Below are positions 40,286-53,400 of a stretch of 57,062 bases of DNA, piece by piece. Within the stretch, counting starts at the first letter, position 1. Each line of letters opens with the position of its first letter. Position numbers and translations under genes: made by a program. Source of the DNA: Reclinomonas americana ATCC 50394 (taxonomy: Eukaryota); assembly GCA_048213135.1 (NCBI GenBank), contig PS015070.1, positions 131,695 to 188,756 on the forward strand, written 5' to 3'. The notes under the pieces are model-generated. The model saw nothing but the letters and a program-made list of their open reading frames with translations. It was not told the origin of the DNA and did no database searches.

Positions 40286-43133
40286 GTCTCATTTCATCTC
40301 TCTCACTGTCCTCGGACTCGCTTTCGTTCTCTTTCTTGCTCTGTCTCTCCTCGTTCTCACTTTCGTTGTCTCTCCCCTTCCATCTTCCCCTCCCTCTCTT
40401 TCTATCCCTCCCTCTCCCTCCCTCCCTCTCACTCTCTCTCCTTCCCTCCTTCTCCCTCCCTCCCTCCCTCTCCCTCCCTCCCTCCCTTTCGCCCTCTCAC
40501 TCTCGCCCTCTTACTCTCTCTCTCTCTCTTCCACCAACAGGCCGCCTCGCTGGTGCAACAGTACGCGTCGCCGTGGGACTGCCTGATGATTGGGCAAGAC
40601 GGGTGCACACGCATGTATCCTCGCGACATCTTCAGCCAGGCGGCGCCACCGTTCCCTGTGAGTGCCGAGTGGCATCGCGCCGTCCTGTATCGGGAGCGAT
40701 TGGACTCGGTGGTGCGCAGTTACACGCCGCTGCCGAGTGCCTCGCTCGACAGCTTTGACAATTACGGAACGCTGCCGGGTACGCTGTTCCGCGGACTCTC
40801 GTGGATCGAGCAGACCGTGTCGCCCACGTCGCCCACTGCCGTCACACCCGGTACAACAGCGGCAGCACCAAGCGCCACGGCTACTGCCGCCGCCGGTCCC
40901 TCCTGCTCGACTGCTCCAGTGGTGGAGAGCGACGATGTGGTCTTTCCGCCGCCGGTGCTGCCGGACGAGGTGTCATTCCAATATGTGCCCAGTGACAAGC
41001 ACATGGTGGGAGAGATTCAAGGCGATCGTCTCCAGCAAATCACTCATGCCGAGCTGGTCTACGAAGGTGTGCTTGTCGTCCCCTACTTGTTGGCCAAAGG
41101 CTGTGCCGCGAAACTTCACCCATCATGTGTGTTGGCAGGCGAGGTGTACCCGGCCACCATTGTCAACTCGCGACACACGCTATCGTTCCGTGTGTCGATT
41201 CCGCGTGCCACCTCTGGTCGCTCATCGCAAATCACCATGCGGTTGCTGTCGCCCTTCCACAAGTGCGAAGTGCTGGCTCACATTACGTTCCTGCGGTGCG
41301 CACTCATCGCTTTTTCCCTCCTCTCGTTCATCGGTTCTCTGACGATTTCTGCCCTTTTCTGCAGCGTGCTGCTCCTGGGCCCCACTGGCTCCGGCAAGAC
41401 GAGCCTTTGCAAGGCGCTGATGGAGGAGGCGCCGGGGAGAGCGTACTATCAGTCGCAGGACCCGATGGGCAGTGGGTTCCCGCAAGAGTCGTTTGTCGTA
41501 CCCGGTCGCATCACGGGTGCGGTGCGCATGAAGTTCCTGGAGATTGTCGATCGAACCGGTCTCGAACGCTACGGTCCAGAAGAGGTATGTCACATGTGGG
41601 ATGGAGACGCATACGTGGTGAGCTGATGAGGTAGGAGTACAGGTCGACCAATTCCGTCGCGATTTCATCGACACGGCCACGCCGCCAGCGCTCGTGCTCT
41701 TTGTCACGTCCCCACTGTCACGCCTGCTGCTCGAGGAACCCGCAGGCTCTTCGTCGCAGTCACCGGTAGCGACGGCCGTCGGTGCTGGCGGCTCTGGCAT
41801 TGGTGCCTCCTTGTCGGCCGCGTCCTCGATGCCGCCTGCGCCGCCCCAACCGCCACCGCCACCACCACCACCTTCTTCACTCTCGTCGCCGCCACCGCTG
41901 CTCTCGTCCATAGCCGCGGCCTCGTCGGCAGGGTCAGCAGTCTCAGCTCAGACGGTTGCCGGTAGCAGCGGCAGTGGCAGCGGCGGTGCGTCGTCTTCCA
42001 GCTCCGCGACCTCGGTGCGCCTCGCCGTGTGCACTCTGCTGGAGGAAGTCACGCGACGCGGTCTGCCGCTGCTCTACGTCATGTCGAATTGCTTTAGTGT
42101 CGATCCGAGTGAGCTCGTCAAGATCAAGGACGTGTACCAGCAGAGGTTGGGCGTGGAGCCGCGGCAGTGGATCGATGTCAACTCCAAGCCGATTCACCGC
42201 TTCCCGGTAACCATGAACAACCTGATTGAGCAAATGGTGGCGCGTATTCGGCACGATTTGCGTGGCCCGCTGTTGGAGTCGCTGCCGTCGCGATGGGTGA
42301 CGGAGGTGAAAGGTGAGGGGAAGGAAAGGGGGAAGGGGGAAGGGGGAAAGAGGGAAAGGAACAGAAGGGAAAGGAGTATGAGGTGGATAGGAGAGGTTTG
42401 ATTTGTTGGCTGTGTGTCTCTTCGTGCATGTCTGTCTGTCTCTGGTTCACTGTGTCTCTCACTTTGTGGCTGTTCCCTGTCTCTAATGTTAATCTCTGGC
42501 TCTCTCGAGGTGAACGTCCGTGCGTCTTTGTCTTCCTCTGTTGCTAAGTGACTGGACTAGCTGCTGTGCGAGTGTCTGGCTCTCTGTGCTTCCTCTCGCT
42601 GTCCATTCTCCCCTCCTCTCTCTCTCTCTCTCTCGTAACCTGTTTCAGTGTCTGTGTGTGAGAGAGAGTTAGAAAGAGGAGAACTAAGATCGAGGGAGAC
42701 GATCAGCAACGCAGTCTGTCAAGGCAGGAGTGAGATCGGCCATCAGCAATCGAAAGAGATATAAGCAGTGCACACCACGAGAAGGCGGACGAGGCAACAG
42801 TGCATGTGAGAAACGGAACGACAGGCAGACGGACAGACGTGCACAAAGGAGCCATATAGAGAGCAGTGCAAGAGACCGAGACAGCGCACAAGCTGTCTTT
42901 CAGACTTGACTGGATAGCTCTTTCTTTCTTTCTCCTTCGACCTCTTTCTGTCTCGCTCGCTGTGCTTTTTTCAAGGTCTTCTCTTCCCTTTCTCTCCCCT
43001 TTCTGTGCTTATCCGCTCACCACCCCCTGCCCCAGGTTGGCTGCAATCGCTCGACTGGGTATTCGTCGGCAAGGTGGCAGCGGTGGCTGGTATCGGCCTG
43101 GGCGCGCTAAAGTACGTCTTGGGCAAGAGGTGA
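37980..43133 (+). CDS. Class-3 lipase fused to a P-loop GTPase-like domain, with N-myristoylation motif and C-terminal tail anchor
   Basis: gccaccATG start giving MGNA|ASTAS. Lipase motifs: HLSAAAY, YVCFKGT, VHEGY, VFCGHSLGGAVA, CYTFGAP, GDWIP, WHRAVLYRERL. P-loop: VLLLGPTGSGKTSL (41378-41401) and IVDRTG. Ends WVFVGKVAAVAGIGLGALKYVLGKR*. Six in-frame GT-AG introns and no gaps. Confidence 0.82.
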
Positions 43134-43184
43134 CAGCGACGGAGGAGGTTACACACAAAGCGAAACAATTGTCTATTAAAATCA

Positions 43185-43557
43185 TCATTGTTGAGGTCCC
43201 ACGCGCGACATGGCCCGCAAGAACTGTTTCCTGGTGCGAATGGCTTCGCGAGCCAGCAGAATGTCGAGCTCAAGTTCCAACTTGCGGCGAGAGCGCGGTG
43301 ATAGGGAGTCGGGTACCGCTGTGTGGTGGAGGGAAAGGAAAGGCGTAAGGGAGTGGTGTTCGCACTCGGAACAGGTCGCAGAGAAAAGAGAGGCTGTGAG
43401 AATGAGCGGAGGCCAGTGCGGAGCAGCGAAAGCGAAGGAGACAGAAGAGGGAGAGGGAGAGAGGGATTGGGGAGGCTGTGAGAATGAACGGAGGCCAGTG
43501 GGCGAAAGCGAAGGAGACAAAAGAGGGAGAGGGGGAGAGAGAAGGAGATAAAGAGGG

Positions 43558-43616
<59 letters not shown>

Positions 43617-44309
43617 CGAGAGAGAGAGAGAAAGAGAGAGACAGGAGAGACTGCGAGAAAGATCAGTGGCCAGCGAAAGCGAAGAAGGAGAGGGAGAGAA
43701 CAAGTCTCACCTGTGGACCTCTCGCGCAACCAATCCGTCAGCTGTACGCTCTCCCTCAGCGACCCACTCTGTGTCAGCAACGGCCGTCCCACTCGCCCAC
43801 CAGCCGCAGTGGGAGGTCTCGGTGGCGACGGAGACAACACCAAGCTCGCTCGCGATCGCGGAGGTGACACGCGATCCAACTCATACGATGCCGGCGATGC
43901 AGGACTGACCAGTGGAGGCGGCTCTTGCTGCGACACAGCCTGTGCATCGTCATCCATCGAGTCCTCTGCGACTGGCCACCGATCACTGCTTGTCTGCACA
44001 GCTGTCGACGCGCGCAGCGGAGTCATGGACGACTCGGTCCACATTGGCTTGTGTGTGTGGCGCACAGTGGTCAGTGTGAGCTTGCGCGGGAGAGGCACCA
44101 CGGCGCCGGGTGAGCGGAAGGCACCCTCGATCTCGCGACAGATCGCTCCGTAGTCCTCCAACGCCTGTCGCATGCGAGCGCGTACTCGGTGCCCGCGGAA
44201 TACTCTCTGTGTGTATGGTGAGTGAGAAGTCATTGAGAGTGTGTGTCGGAGCGTGTGAGAAAGTGGGACGCACTTGAATGACAGTGGCTGCGCGACGCCT
44301 TCTCTCCAT
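43185..44309 (-). CDS. IQCC: IQ-motif protein, IQCC-like (3 exons)
   Basis: AATVIQ|RVFRGHRVR...EDYGAICREIEG, plus C-terminal LELELDILLAREAIRTRKQFL. These match the two conserved IQCC blocks as I recall them. Confidence 0.72.
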
Positions 44310-44528
44310 CAATCACAATCTCGTAACGACTAGTTTTTTTCGAGGCAAATGCAGAGAAAAGTCATGCGATCGGACCAAGCACACTCTGCCAGTGTGTGTG
44401 TGTGTCGCTCTCAATGAAGACGCTCGCAAAGCCCCAGAGAGAAAGCAGAGTGCATTCAAACAACTTTGTTCATTTTGCAGTGCTCTCTTTGTGACTTTGT
44501 CTCTTCTCCAGTCTCTCTCTCCACTGTC

Positions 44529-45133
44529 TCAGTGGGAGCTGCCGAGCAACACAAACGGCGTGAACTGGCAGCGATTTCCGTACCAGTAGCCGCAGCAGTT
44601 ACCGTTGCCCACGTTGGTGCTGGTGCCTGGGCAGGGTGCGGTGCCGGCGGCCACCTCTGCGTAGGTCGCACAATTGTAGTGGCACGTGCAGCTGTCGAAC
44701 TCGTTGCAGTTGCCGTGTGAGCCGCAGGCGGTGGCGGACTTGTCGTCGGTGCACACACCCACGGGCCACTTGTCGGGGAAGGGCGAGATGTCGCAGTTGG
44801 GGCCGGAGAGGAAGCCGCAGCAGTTGCCTGCGAGAGGGGAGGTTAGATTCGCATCAACGTTGACTGAAGTGAGAGGGAGACAGAGACAGGCGTGTGCGTG
44901 GACGAGAGAGAGAGGGAGAACGCATGCACAGAGCACAGTGCAGAACGACCAGCGAGTGGAGAGAGGAAGAGAGAGAGCGCAGGCGCACCATTGCCAACGG
45001 TCACGGTGCCTGGTGGGCAGGGGGCGCCAACGGCGTACGTCTTGCAGTTGCGCTCACAGGCAAGTGCAAGTGGGGCCATGGTAGTGATTGCGATCACGAC
45101 GAGGAGGGCGAGGCGCACAGCGGACGACGTCAT
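44529..45133 (-). CDS. Small secreted cysteine-rich, EGF-like repeat protein; exons 44989-45133 and 44529-44827
   Basis: Signal peptide MTSSAVRLALLVVIAITTMAPLALA. Two copies of C..NC.TYA...APCP....VGNGNCCG...G..C...PF and an EGF-like CGSHGNC....CTC. Confidence 0.8.
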
Positions 45134-46037
45134 TCTTCTTGGCTCCCAAAAAACGATGGAAAAACGAGTTGATTGAATTGTGCGCATCTTTTCATTTTGT
45201 TCGACCTCGCTCTGTGTTTCTCCGGATCCGCAGATGCGGACCGTGGGAAGGGGAGTGGATGCGAATACTCGAATATGTGCGGTGACCACAGGTGAGTGTG
45301 CAGAACTGCAACCAGCTGCAGTGAATGAATTCGAATGTGGTGCGAGCAATCGTTCGATCGCGCTCGACTCGAAGATCATCAAGGCCAACGACGGCAGCCA
45401 CTTCACGAGCCTCATGAGTACGTAACTTATGGCTAGAAGTCTAGGGGCCAAGGAGCTCGAGGGCCGCTTCGGCGAGCGTGCATGAACCAAGCATTTTTGA
45501 ATTCGATCGCGAATTCCGGATCCTGATCATGACGCGACTCGCTGCGAGAGCCCAATTGCAAAGCACAAGCAACAGGAGGACAAATGCACCACGTCGCTGA
45601 GCCAGCGGAGCTTGAGCCGAGGTTTCTCTTCCAGCAACGCCCCATGAGCCATATGCATCTCGCGATCGACTTTTCTGCACCGCTGCGTTTCCGCGATGTA
45701 TCTGTTTCTGGTTCTCACTCAAGATGGTGATCATCATGCAGCTATGTTGCTGTTTGGATTAGTAAATCAAGACAGCTGTTGCTTGTTTGTTGGTGAATGA
45801 ATTTTGTTGTTGTGTTGTTGTTGTTGCTCTAGATCTGTGTGCCACGTGCACGAAAATCGCGATCGGAGCGACTTCGCAATATCAACATCACCACAATCTC
45901 TCCGACCTGTCGCGCTCTATCGCTAGCCATTGCAGCCTTGTCTCATCCCAAGTGTTATACACGCGACTCGGACATTGCAAACCCCTTCCCATCAAAGTGC
46001 GTCCCACGTGACAAAAGAACAACTCAATCAATCAATC

Positions 46038-46976
46038 ATGCGGCGCCGGTTCGCCGAGACCGCTCTCCCACACGAGGGCGGCACCACTTCAACCACAACC
46101 ACCACCACTGCAACCAGCGCAGCCTCGGCGCTGTTCATGGTGCAAGAGGAGCTGCTGCGCTCGCGTGGACATGGCACCAAGTACTCCACTTCCGCCACCT
46201 CCTCGCCTCCGTCGTCGTCGTCAACGGCAACAGCGACAACGGCTGTGCGTGTGGTGCTCGCTGCCTTGTTCGTCGCCAGCTCCATGTTGAGTTGGACTTG
46301 TGTGAGCGAGTGTGTGAGAGTGAGGGAGAGACTGAAGTGGGGGGAAAAACGCGCGAATCTCTGCATATCGGTGCTTTGTGTGTGCCGACCGATACTCGCG
46401 TGCTGGCCTGTCACGTGTGTGCACGTGCGTGTCTCTCTCTCTCTCTCTCACACACAGTGTGCATACGTTTGCATGCGCATTTCCGATGCATTCCCGCTGT
46501 TGTCATTTGTCTGTCTCCGCACTCTCACTCGCTCTTGCACACTCACGCACTCTTAGCACACACTGTGTCAAAGCGAGCTGCATACAGTGAGTGAGAAGCG
46601 CAATGCTTCGACTGATAAGATTACATAAGGCGACTTCAGCAACCTTCAGACACACTCTCACTCACACTCTCACTCCAACATTCATACACTGTGGCGTAGT
46701 GAGCTGCACATGATGAGAGAAGAGAGCAACAACTTGACAGAAGGGATTACAGAAGGCGACTGGAGCAGTCTGGAGGTGTTTCCTCTCTCGCACTCTCTCT
46801 TTCACTCTCACACTCTCTCACTCTCACACTATCATGCACACGCTGTACAAAGTGAGCTGCATACAGCGAGAGAAGGACTTGACAGAAGAGATTACAGAGG
46901 GCGAACTGAACGCGCGCCCAAACTTGGACTCTCTCTTCTCTCTGCTTCCTTCCCTCGTCTCTCTCTCTCTCTCTCT

Positions 46977-47023
<47 letters not shown>

Positions 47024-47417
47024 GGTTCTACGTACGTACTCGTACGTNNNNNNNNNNNNNNNNNNNNNNNNNNNNNNNNNNNNNNNNNNNNNNNNNNNNN
47101 NNNNNNNNNNNNNNNNNNNNNNNNNNNNNNNNNNNNNNNNNNNNNNNNNNNNNNNNNNNNNNNNNNNNNNNNNNNNNNNNNNNNNNNNNNNNNNNNNNNN
47201 NNNNNNNNNNNNNNNNNNNNNNNNNNNNNNNNNNNNNNNNNNNNNNNNNNNNNNNNNNNNNNNNNNNNNNNNNNNNNNNNNNNNNNNNNCCTTCCTTCCT
47301 CGACATCCACCTGCTGTACCGTACATACCGCCTTCGGTCCGTACAGAGAGAGTTACAGAGGCGGACGTAGAACGACGCGCCAACCTACGTACGTACTCTC
47401 TCTCTCTCTCTCTCCTC

Positions 47418-47465
<48 letters not shown>

Positions 47466-49175
47466 CACTCTCTGACCTTCTTGCGTGTGTACAGAATTGG
47501 ACTCTTCATGGTCGACGTGCATGTGTTGGCGACATACGGCGATGTTTCGGCCATGGACACGTACTTGATGTGGCTCGGCAGTGTACAATACGACCACGTG
47601 CTAGCGGCGCAGCTATTAGGGCCGTCGGTGTCGCCGTTGGAGTTGGAATCGACGTTGCAAGTTGAGTTTTCTCATTTAGAGTCCGACTTGTCGGCTTTCT
47701 CGCTCGTTCTAGACTCGCCCTCCCTCACTCACGCACACACAGACGCACACACACTCACCCTCCCACGCTCTCTCACTCACTCGCTGACGCTCTTGGCTGA
47801 GCTTCGCGTTGTAGTCGCTGGCTCTCTTCTTTTCCTCCCTTGTCTCTTATTCTGAGGGTTGCTCACCTTGACTTATCCTGGCTCACCTTCAATCTCACGC
47901 ACTCGCTCATGCTCACTCTTGTTGATGGGCGTTCGCTTTGCAGTCGCTCATTCTCTTGTCCATCGTCGTTTGTCTTCTCTTCTCATTGGTGTGAATGCTT
48001 GCGCATCGTCTCACTCATTCTCATGCACTCTCTTTTCGCCCTCTTCTACCTCTTGCATGTGATTCTGGTCCCTTTTCACCAAGACTCGCCTCAGTCGCAC
48101 ACGCGCTCTCTCTTGCTCACTCTCCAGCTTGTCTACACTCGCCTTCCACTCACTCCTCTCGCTTCACACTCAGCCACACTCATTAACACAACTTTTCTCA
48201 CCCTGTCCTCCATCTCCCCTTCCCTTCTCCCGTCTCCCTTCTCCTTCTCCTTCCACTTCTGCCTCGCAGGCATTAAAAGCCCGGGCAAGTCGCACCTCTG
48301 GCAGCGAAGACGAACGCTGCAACGCCATGATGAAGCTGGCCAGGTTGCACGACGAGTTGCTGCAGGATTGGCCCGTCGCGCAGCACTTGTACAATACAGC
48401 GGCGGCGGAGTCGAAGCGATGGCGTGTCGATGCGTGGTATCATTTGGGTCGCCATTTTCGACGCGCTGGTACGTGATCACCGCCGCGATTGTTTTCTTAG
48501 CCTTCTCCCCCCTCACACTCCTCCTCCTCCTCGTCCTCGCAGGCGACATCAAACAAGGCCTCCGATACCTCTCCCAGGCCGTGGCACTGGAGGCGTCGGA
48601 GACCAACGCTGCGCCGTCGCCGCTTCCGCTCACCTCGGCCAGCCCTCTAGACCCCTCCTCCGAGTTCACCATCGGCATTGGCACGCGGGGTGCCTCGTCG
48701 CACGCCGCGCCCAACAGCACTCCGCTCTACCCGCTGCTGGATCGCTGTATCCTGCACCTCGAGTACCTCACCAACGCCGTACTCGCGCTGGAGCCGTCGT
48801 CTCCTGAGTGGGTCAATGCGGTCAAGCGCAGCTTGGCGCAGGTGTGTGTGGGCGGGGGAGGGTGAAGAGAAGGAGTGTGACAGAGAGAGAGAGAGAGAGA
48901 GAGAGAAAGAAAGAGAGTGAGGCAGGGAGAAGCAGATTCATAGTCACGCCCAGAGAGGAGAAAGAAACAGATTCAAAGACACTCTCTATCATTCTGCTCT
49001 CTCAGTGTGTCTATGAATCTGCCTCTCTGCCTCTCTCTTTCTCTCTGCCTCTCTCTTTCTCTCTCTCTCCCTNNNNNNNNNNNNNNNNNNNNNNNNNNNN
49101 NNNNNNNNNNNNNNNNNNNNNNNNNNNNNNNNNNNNNNNNNNNNNNNNNNNNNNNNNNNNNNNNNNNNNNNNNNN

Positions 49176-49232
<57 letters not shown>

Positions 49233-49708
49233 TTCCTGTTTCCTTTCCTCTTCCTTACGCGCACCCTTACTCTCAGTCTTGGAGATACGTGAGCGATCTC
49301 GTGTCCTCACCTCCTTCCCCCCTCTCCCTCCTCATTCTGACTACGCCCCCACGCAGCGCCCTGTCGCCCTTCCAAGTCTGGGAGTACTGGTCGACAGCCG
49401 TGACTCGCATGCACGGCTTCTGCGGCCACATGTCACTGCCACCACCCAACAGTAGCACCGCTACTTCTACTACCACGTCCTCGAGCACCACCGGTTTGCC
49501 GTCTTCATCGTCTGCGGCGCCCTCGGCATTCTCGACAACTTCGACTTCTGCGTCATCGTCGACAACAACAACAACAACAACACCTGGCGCAGCAAGCGCA
49601 GCACCAGCATCCTCAGCACAGTCTACAGATACGCAAAAGCCCGCGTCTTCTTCATCGTCGTCAGAGAGCAAGGAGAAGAAGAAGAAGAAGAAACGGGTTG
49701 GAAAATAA
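46038..49708 (+). CDS. TPR-like helical-repeat protein with an N-terminal membrane anchor (incomplete, two gaps)
   Basis: Hydrophobic VRVVLAALFVASSMLSW. Exons at about 47495-47660, 48270-48468, 48543-48841 and 49357-49708 give TPR-like DERCNAMMKLARL...VDAWYHLGRHFRRAGDIKQGLRYLSQAV. Lys-rich C-terminus. Confidence 0.55.
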
Positions 49709-49901
49709 TGAAAAGAAGGAAGTCCCTCCGTCCTTCTCGTGTCCACACAACGAACTACGTAGAACGAGGCGTCATGATGATGCAGGTGAGCAGCGCATGA
49801 GTGAGAGAAGGCTGTGTGAGTGAGAGGCATTCGGAGCAATGTGCTCAAGCTTCTCTCACACACTGCTTTCTCTCTCTCTCTCTTTCTCTCTGTGCTCCCT
49901 C

Positions 49902-49957
<56 letters not shown>

Positions 49958-50474
49958 NNNNNNNNNNNNNNNNNNNNNNNNNNNNNNNNNNNNNNNNNNN
50001 NNNNNNNNNNNNNNNNNNNNNNNNNNNNNNNNNNNNNNNNNNNNNNNNNNNNNNNNNNNNNNNNNNNNNNNNNNNNNNNNNNNNNNNNNNNNNNNCAGCG
50101 TGAGAGCAGAGAGACGTGATACTTGCAAGTTGGGTGTCTGTCACACTCTCGAACACGTACACTGAGAGACGAGCGTACTGCACGCATACACACATACTCG
50201 CACATACACCACACACATACACACAGGCACACTCACAGAGAGAGAAAGAGACAGAGTGAGAGGTACACAACAAACAGAGGGGGCTGGAAGGGAAGAGAAG
50301 AAGAGAGTGCTGCAGGCCGCATACACACACGTAGGCGGGCGCACCGAGGGACGAGCATGTTGCACGCATGTGTGCACGAAAACATAGATTCAAGCGCACT
50401 GCACTCTTTGCAGAAGCAGCGCAACTTCCGACTCTTGAGCGTGTGTGACCTCACTCTTTGTTCTGTCCATGCAG

Positions 50475-53400
50475 TGTCATGGGGAGGCGACAATCTGCGC
50501 AACATGCCCGACAAGGAGCACTTGCCGGAGGTGCTGCCGATTGTGCAAAAGTCCACCGTTTTCAAGGTTTGTGCTGGCTGTGTCGTTGCTCAGAACGCAA
50601 TTGGCTGACTGAGTGATGATATTAGTACCGGTACGCGTGGAACACGTGCACCTTTGGCTACAGCTCCGTCTTCTGGTCGTGGAATCGGTGGGAGCGTGAA
50701 ATTGACTGGATGGCTCTGCACGGTTCCGCCCAACTGTGTTGCCGTGCTTTTGTTGTTACGCACTGATGCTCACCACCGTGTCGTCGCAGGCATCAATTTC
50801 CCGCTGGCCCTGATCGGTCAGGAGTACGTGTGGCTGCAGGTTCGTTGACGCGCTGCTCCTTCATGTCGACTGGCTGGTGTGTTTCTCACGCGCTGTGACA
50901 CTAGGTGTGGGAGTCCCTCGGTCTCAACTCCACGGATGTTGTCTCCGAGTTTTACAGTGGCCCTGCATTCCTTCCATGGTACGTGAAGTGGTTGAATCGG
51001 GGTGCATGAGCGCTGCATGCACTCATTCGCCTCGCAGGCATCGCATGGGCAATCTGAATGGCTGGATGTCGCCGCTCACCGACAACTGGCTCACCGGTCA
51101 GCGTGATCTGCAGCTGAAGATCCTGCAGCGCTTCCGTGCGTTCGGCATGAAGCCGATCCTCGGCGGCTTTGCTGGTCACGTGCCGAAGAGTCTGTCGCTG
51201 AAGTACCCGCAAGCGAACATCACGCAGGTAACAGCAGGCTTCTGGAGTAATTGACGCATTCTATCTTTCCGCGCTTTTCTTCTGCTTCCATTCTTCTTTG
51301 CATTTCGTTTATCTCTTTCGTGCCTCTCCCGTCTCCCTTCTCTCTCTTCTCGTTCTCTCTTCTCATCCTCTTCCCCTCTCACGCAGCTGGCGGAATGGGC
51401 CGACTTTGAGGGCACCTACTTCCTCAGCCCCACCGATCCGCTCTTCCAGACCATCGGGCGCACATTCATCGCCAAGCAGACTGAGATCTTTGGCACCGAT
51501 CACTATTACTCGGCCGATCCCTTCAATGAGGTGCGTAGAGGATGAAAGAGAGATGAGCTTGTGCATGCCTTTCTCATCGCCTCCTCAACAGCTGGAGCCA
51601 AGCAGCAACGACCCGACGTACTTGCGCAACGTGGGCAGCTCGATCTACAATGCCATGGCGTCGTCGGATCCACAGGCCGTGTGGGTGATGCAGGCGTGGT
51701 ACGTGGGGGGAGGCACTTGACCGATCATCCCACCCGACTGCCGCTCACTTGCACCGTGACGCACAGGTTCCTGGAAAATGAGGCCGACTGGTGGCAGCCA
51801 CCGCAAGCAGAGGCGATTTTGACGAGCGTGGTGCGTCGCTCCTCCCTTCTCTTTCTCCCTCTCGCCGCCCTCAGATTCTTCTTCTTCTCATGCGCTCCTC
51901 CCGCAGCCTGGCGACAAGCTGCTCATGCTCGATCTGTGGTCCGAGGTGGCTCCAGTGTACACGACCACGAAGAATTTCTACGGCAAGCCGTTTATTTGGA
52001 ACATGCTGCACAAGTTGCGCCACCGCACTCACATCACTCCCTCTCCTCACCACTGATCTCAACGCACTCGACAGCTTTGGCGGCCGCTCCGGACTGTATG
52101 GACGCATGAACCAAGTCAATGTTGGTCCCGCCGCCGCCATTGGAACACAAGAGAGTAATGTCGTTGGTATTGGCATGACACCGGAGGCGATTGAGACGAA
52201 TCCAGTGCGTCGTATCCGATCTCTTCCGTGTCCACTTGTTGTTGCTCATCAACTTCGGCAGGTCATGTACTCACTGCTCACCGATCACATCTGGCACTGG
52301 CGACCGTTCGATTTGGAGGACTGGGTCACCAAGTACCCGCTGCGTCGGTACGGCATCAACGACCTCAACCTGCAACTGGCCTGGCGCCTGCTGGCATCGT
52401 CGGCCTACGATTGTCCCACTGGGCAGCAGGGCACGACGGACTCCATCGGTGCGCTGCTGGTCATTTTCCACTGCTGCTGCGAGGCTTCTCTCGTCCCTCA
52501 CTCGATGTTCACAGTCGCCTTCCGACCCTCCATCTCCATCACCGGCGCGACTCTTTACTACGACACATCGCTGGTCAGCGACGCCGCGCAGTTGTTGGTC
52601 GCTGCTCGTTCGCAGCTGGCCGGTCTGCCGACGTACGAGTTTGATGTTGTTGCGTCGCCGAGTCCGCCAGCCTCCGCTCGTCGCCTCGTACTTATGTCTC
52701 TTTCTCTGCGCAGGTTTCCGTCGGCGTTCAAGTGCTAAAGTTAGTTGACCAGCTCGATCATGGCTCTCTGCTTTTCGCTGAACTGATTCGTCTCTCCCCA
52801 CGTATCGCAGCAACCAGGCAGTCGTCGAATACCAGAACATGGTCAAGGCCGTCAACGCTGGCGACGGTAATCAGTTCTCGGTGGCCGCCGCCGAATTCCT
52901 CTCTCTTGTCGACGACATTGAATCGGTGCTGGCGAGCAACAGCTTCTTCTCACTCGACAACTGGTTTTGTCATCTTGCTCTCTCTCTTCTCTTTCGTGCT
53001 CGTGCGTCAGTCCTCATTCCTTTTCGTCGCCACTTGTAGGTTGCTGAGTGCACGTCAGTGGGCAACAAACGCTGCTGAGCGTGTGCAGTACGAGCTGAAC
53101 GCCCGCACGCAGTTGACGTTGTGGGGACCGTCGGACTCACCGCTGCACGACTATGCCTACAAGCTGTGGTCCGGTCTCGTCAGCGTTGCGTCACATGTTT
53201 GCGCGTCGTGGCAGTAGCTGTTGTTGTTTTTGTTTGCTGACTGCCCGATGACAGACCTTTTATCGCCCGCGATGGGCGCTGTTCATCAGTCGTATGCAGC
53301 AAGCTCTGGATTCACGCCAGCCGTTCGACGACAAGGCATTCACGCGCGACGTCGAGGCCCTCGAGTTGGCATGGACGAAGCGCTTGAGTGCCAACGAGAT

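Noticed and set aside
47027-47400. TACG/GTAC-rich words beside gaps (also 57027-57062)
   Set aside because: They occur mainly at contig ends and resemble pyrosequencing flow-order noise. 47341-47400 is a corrupted copy of 46880-46935.
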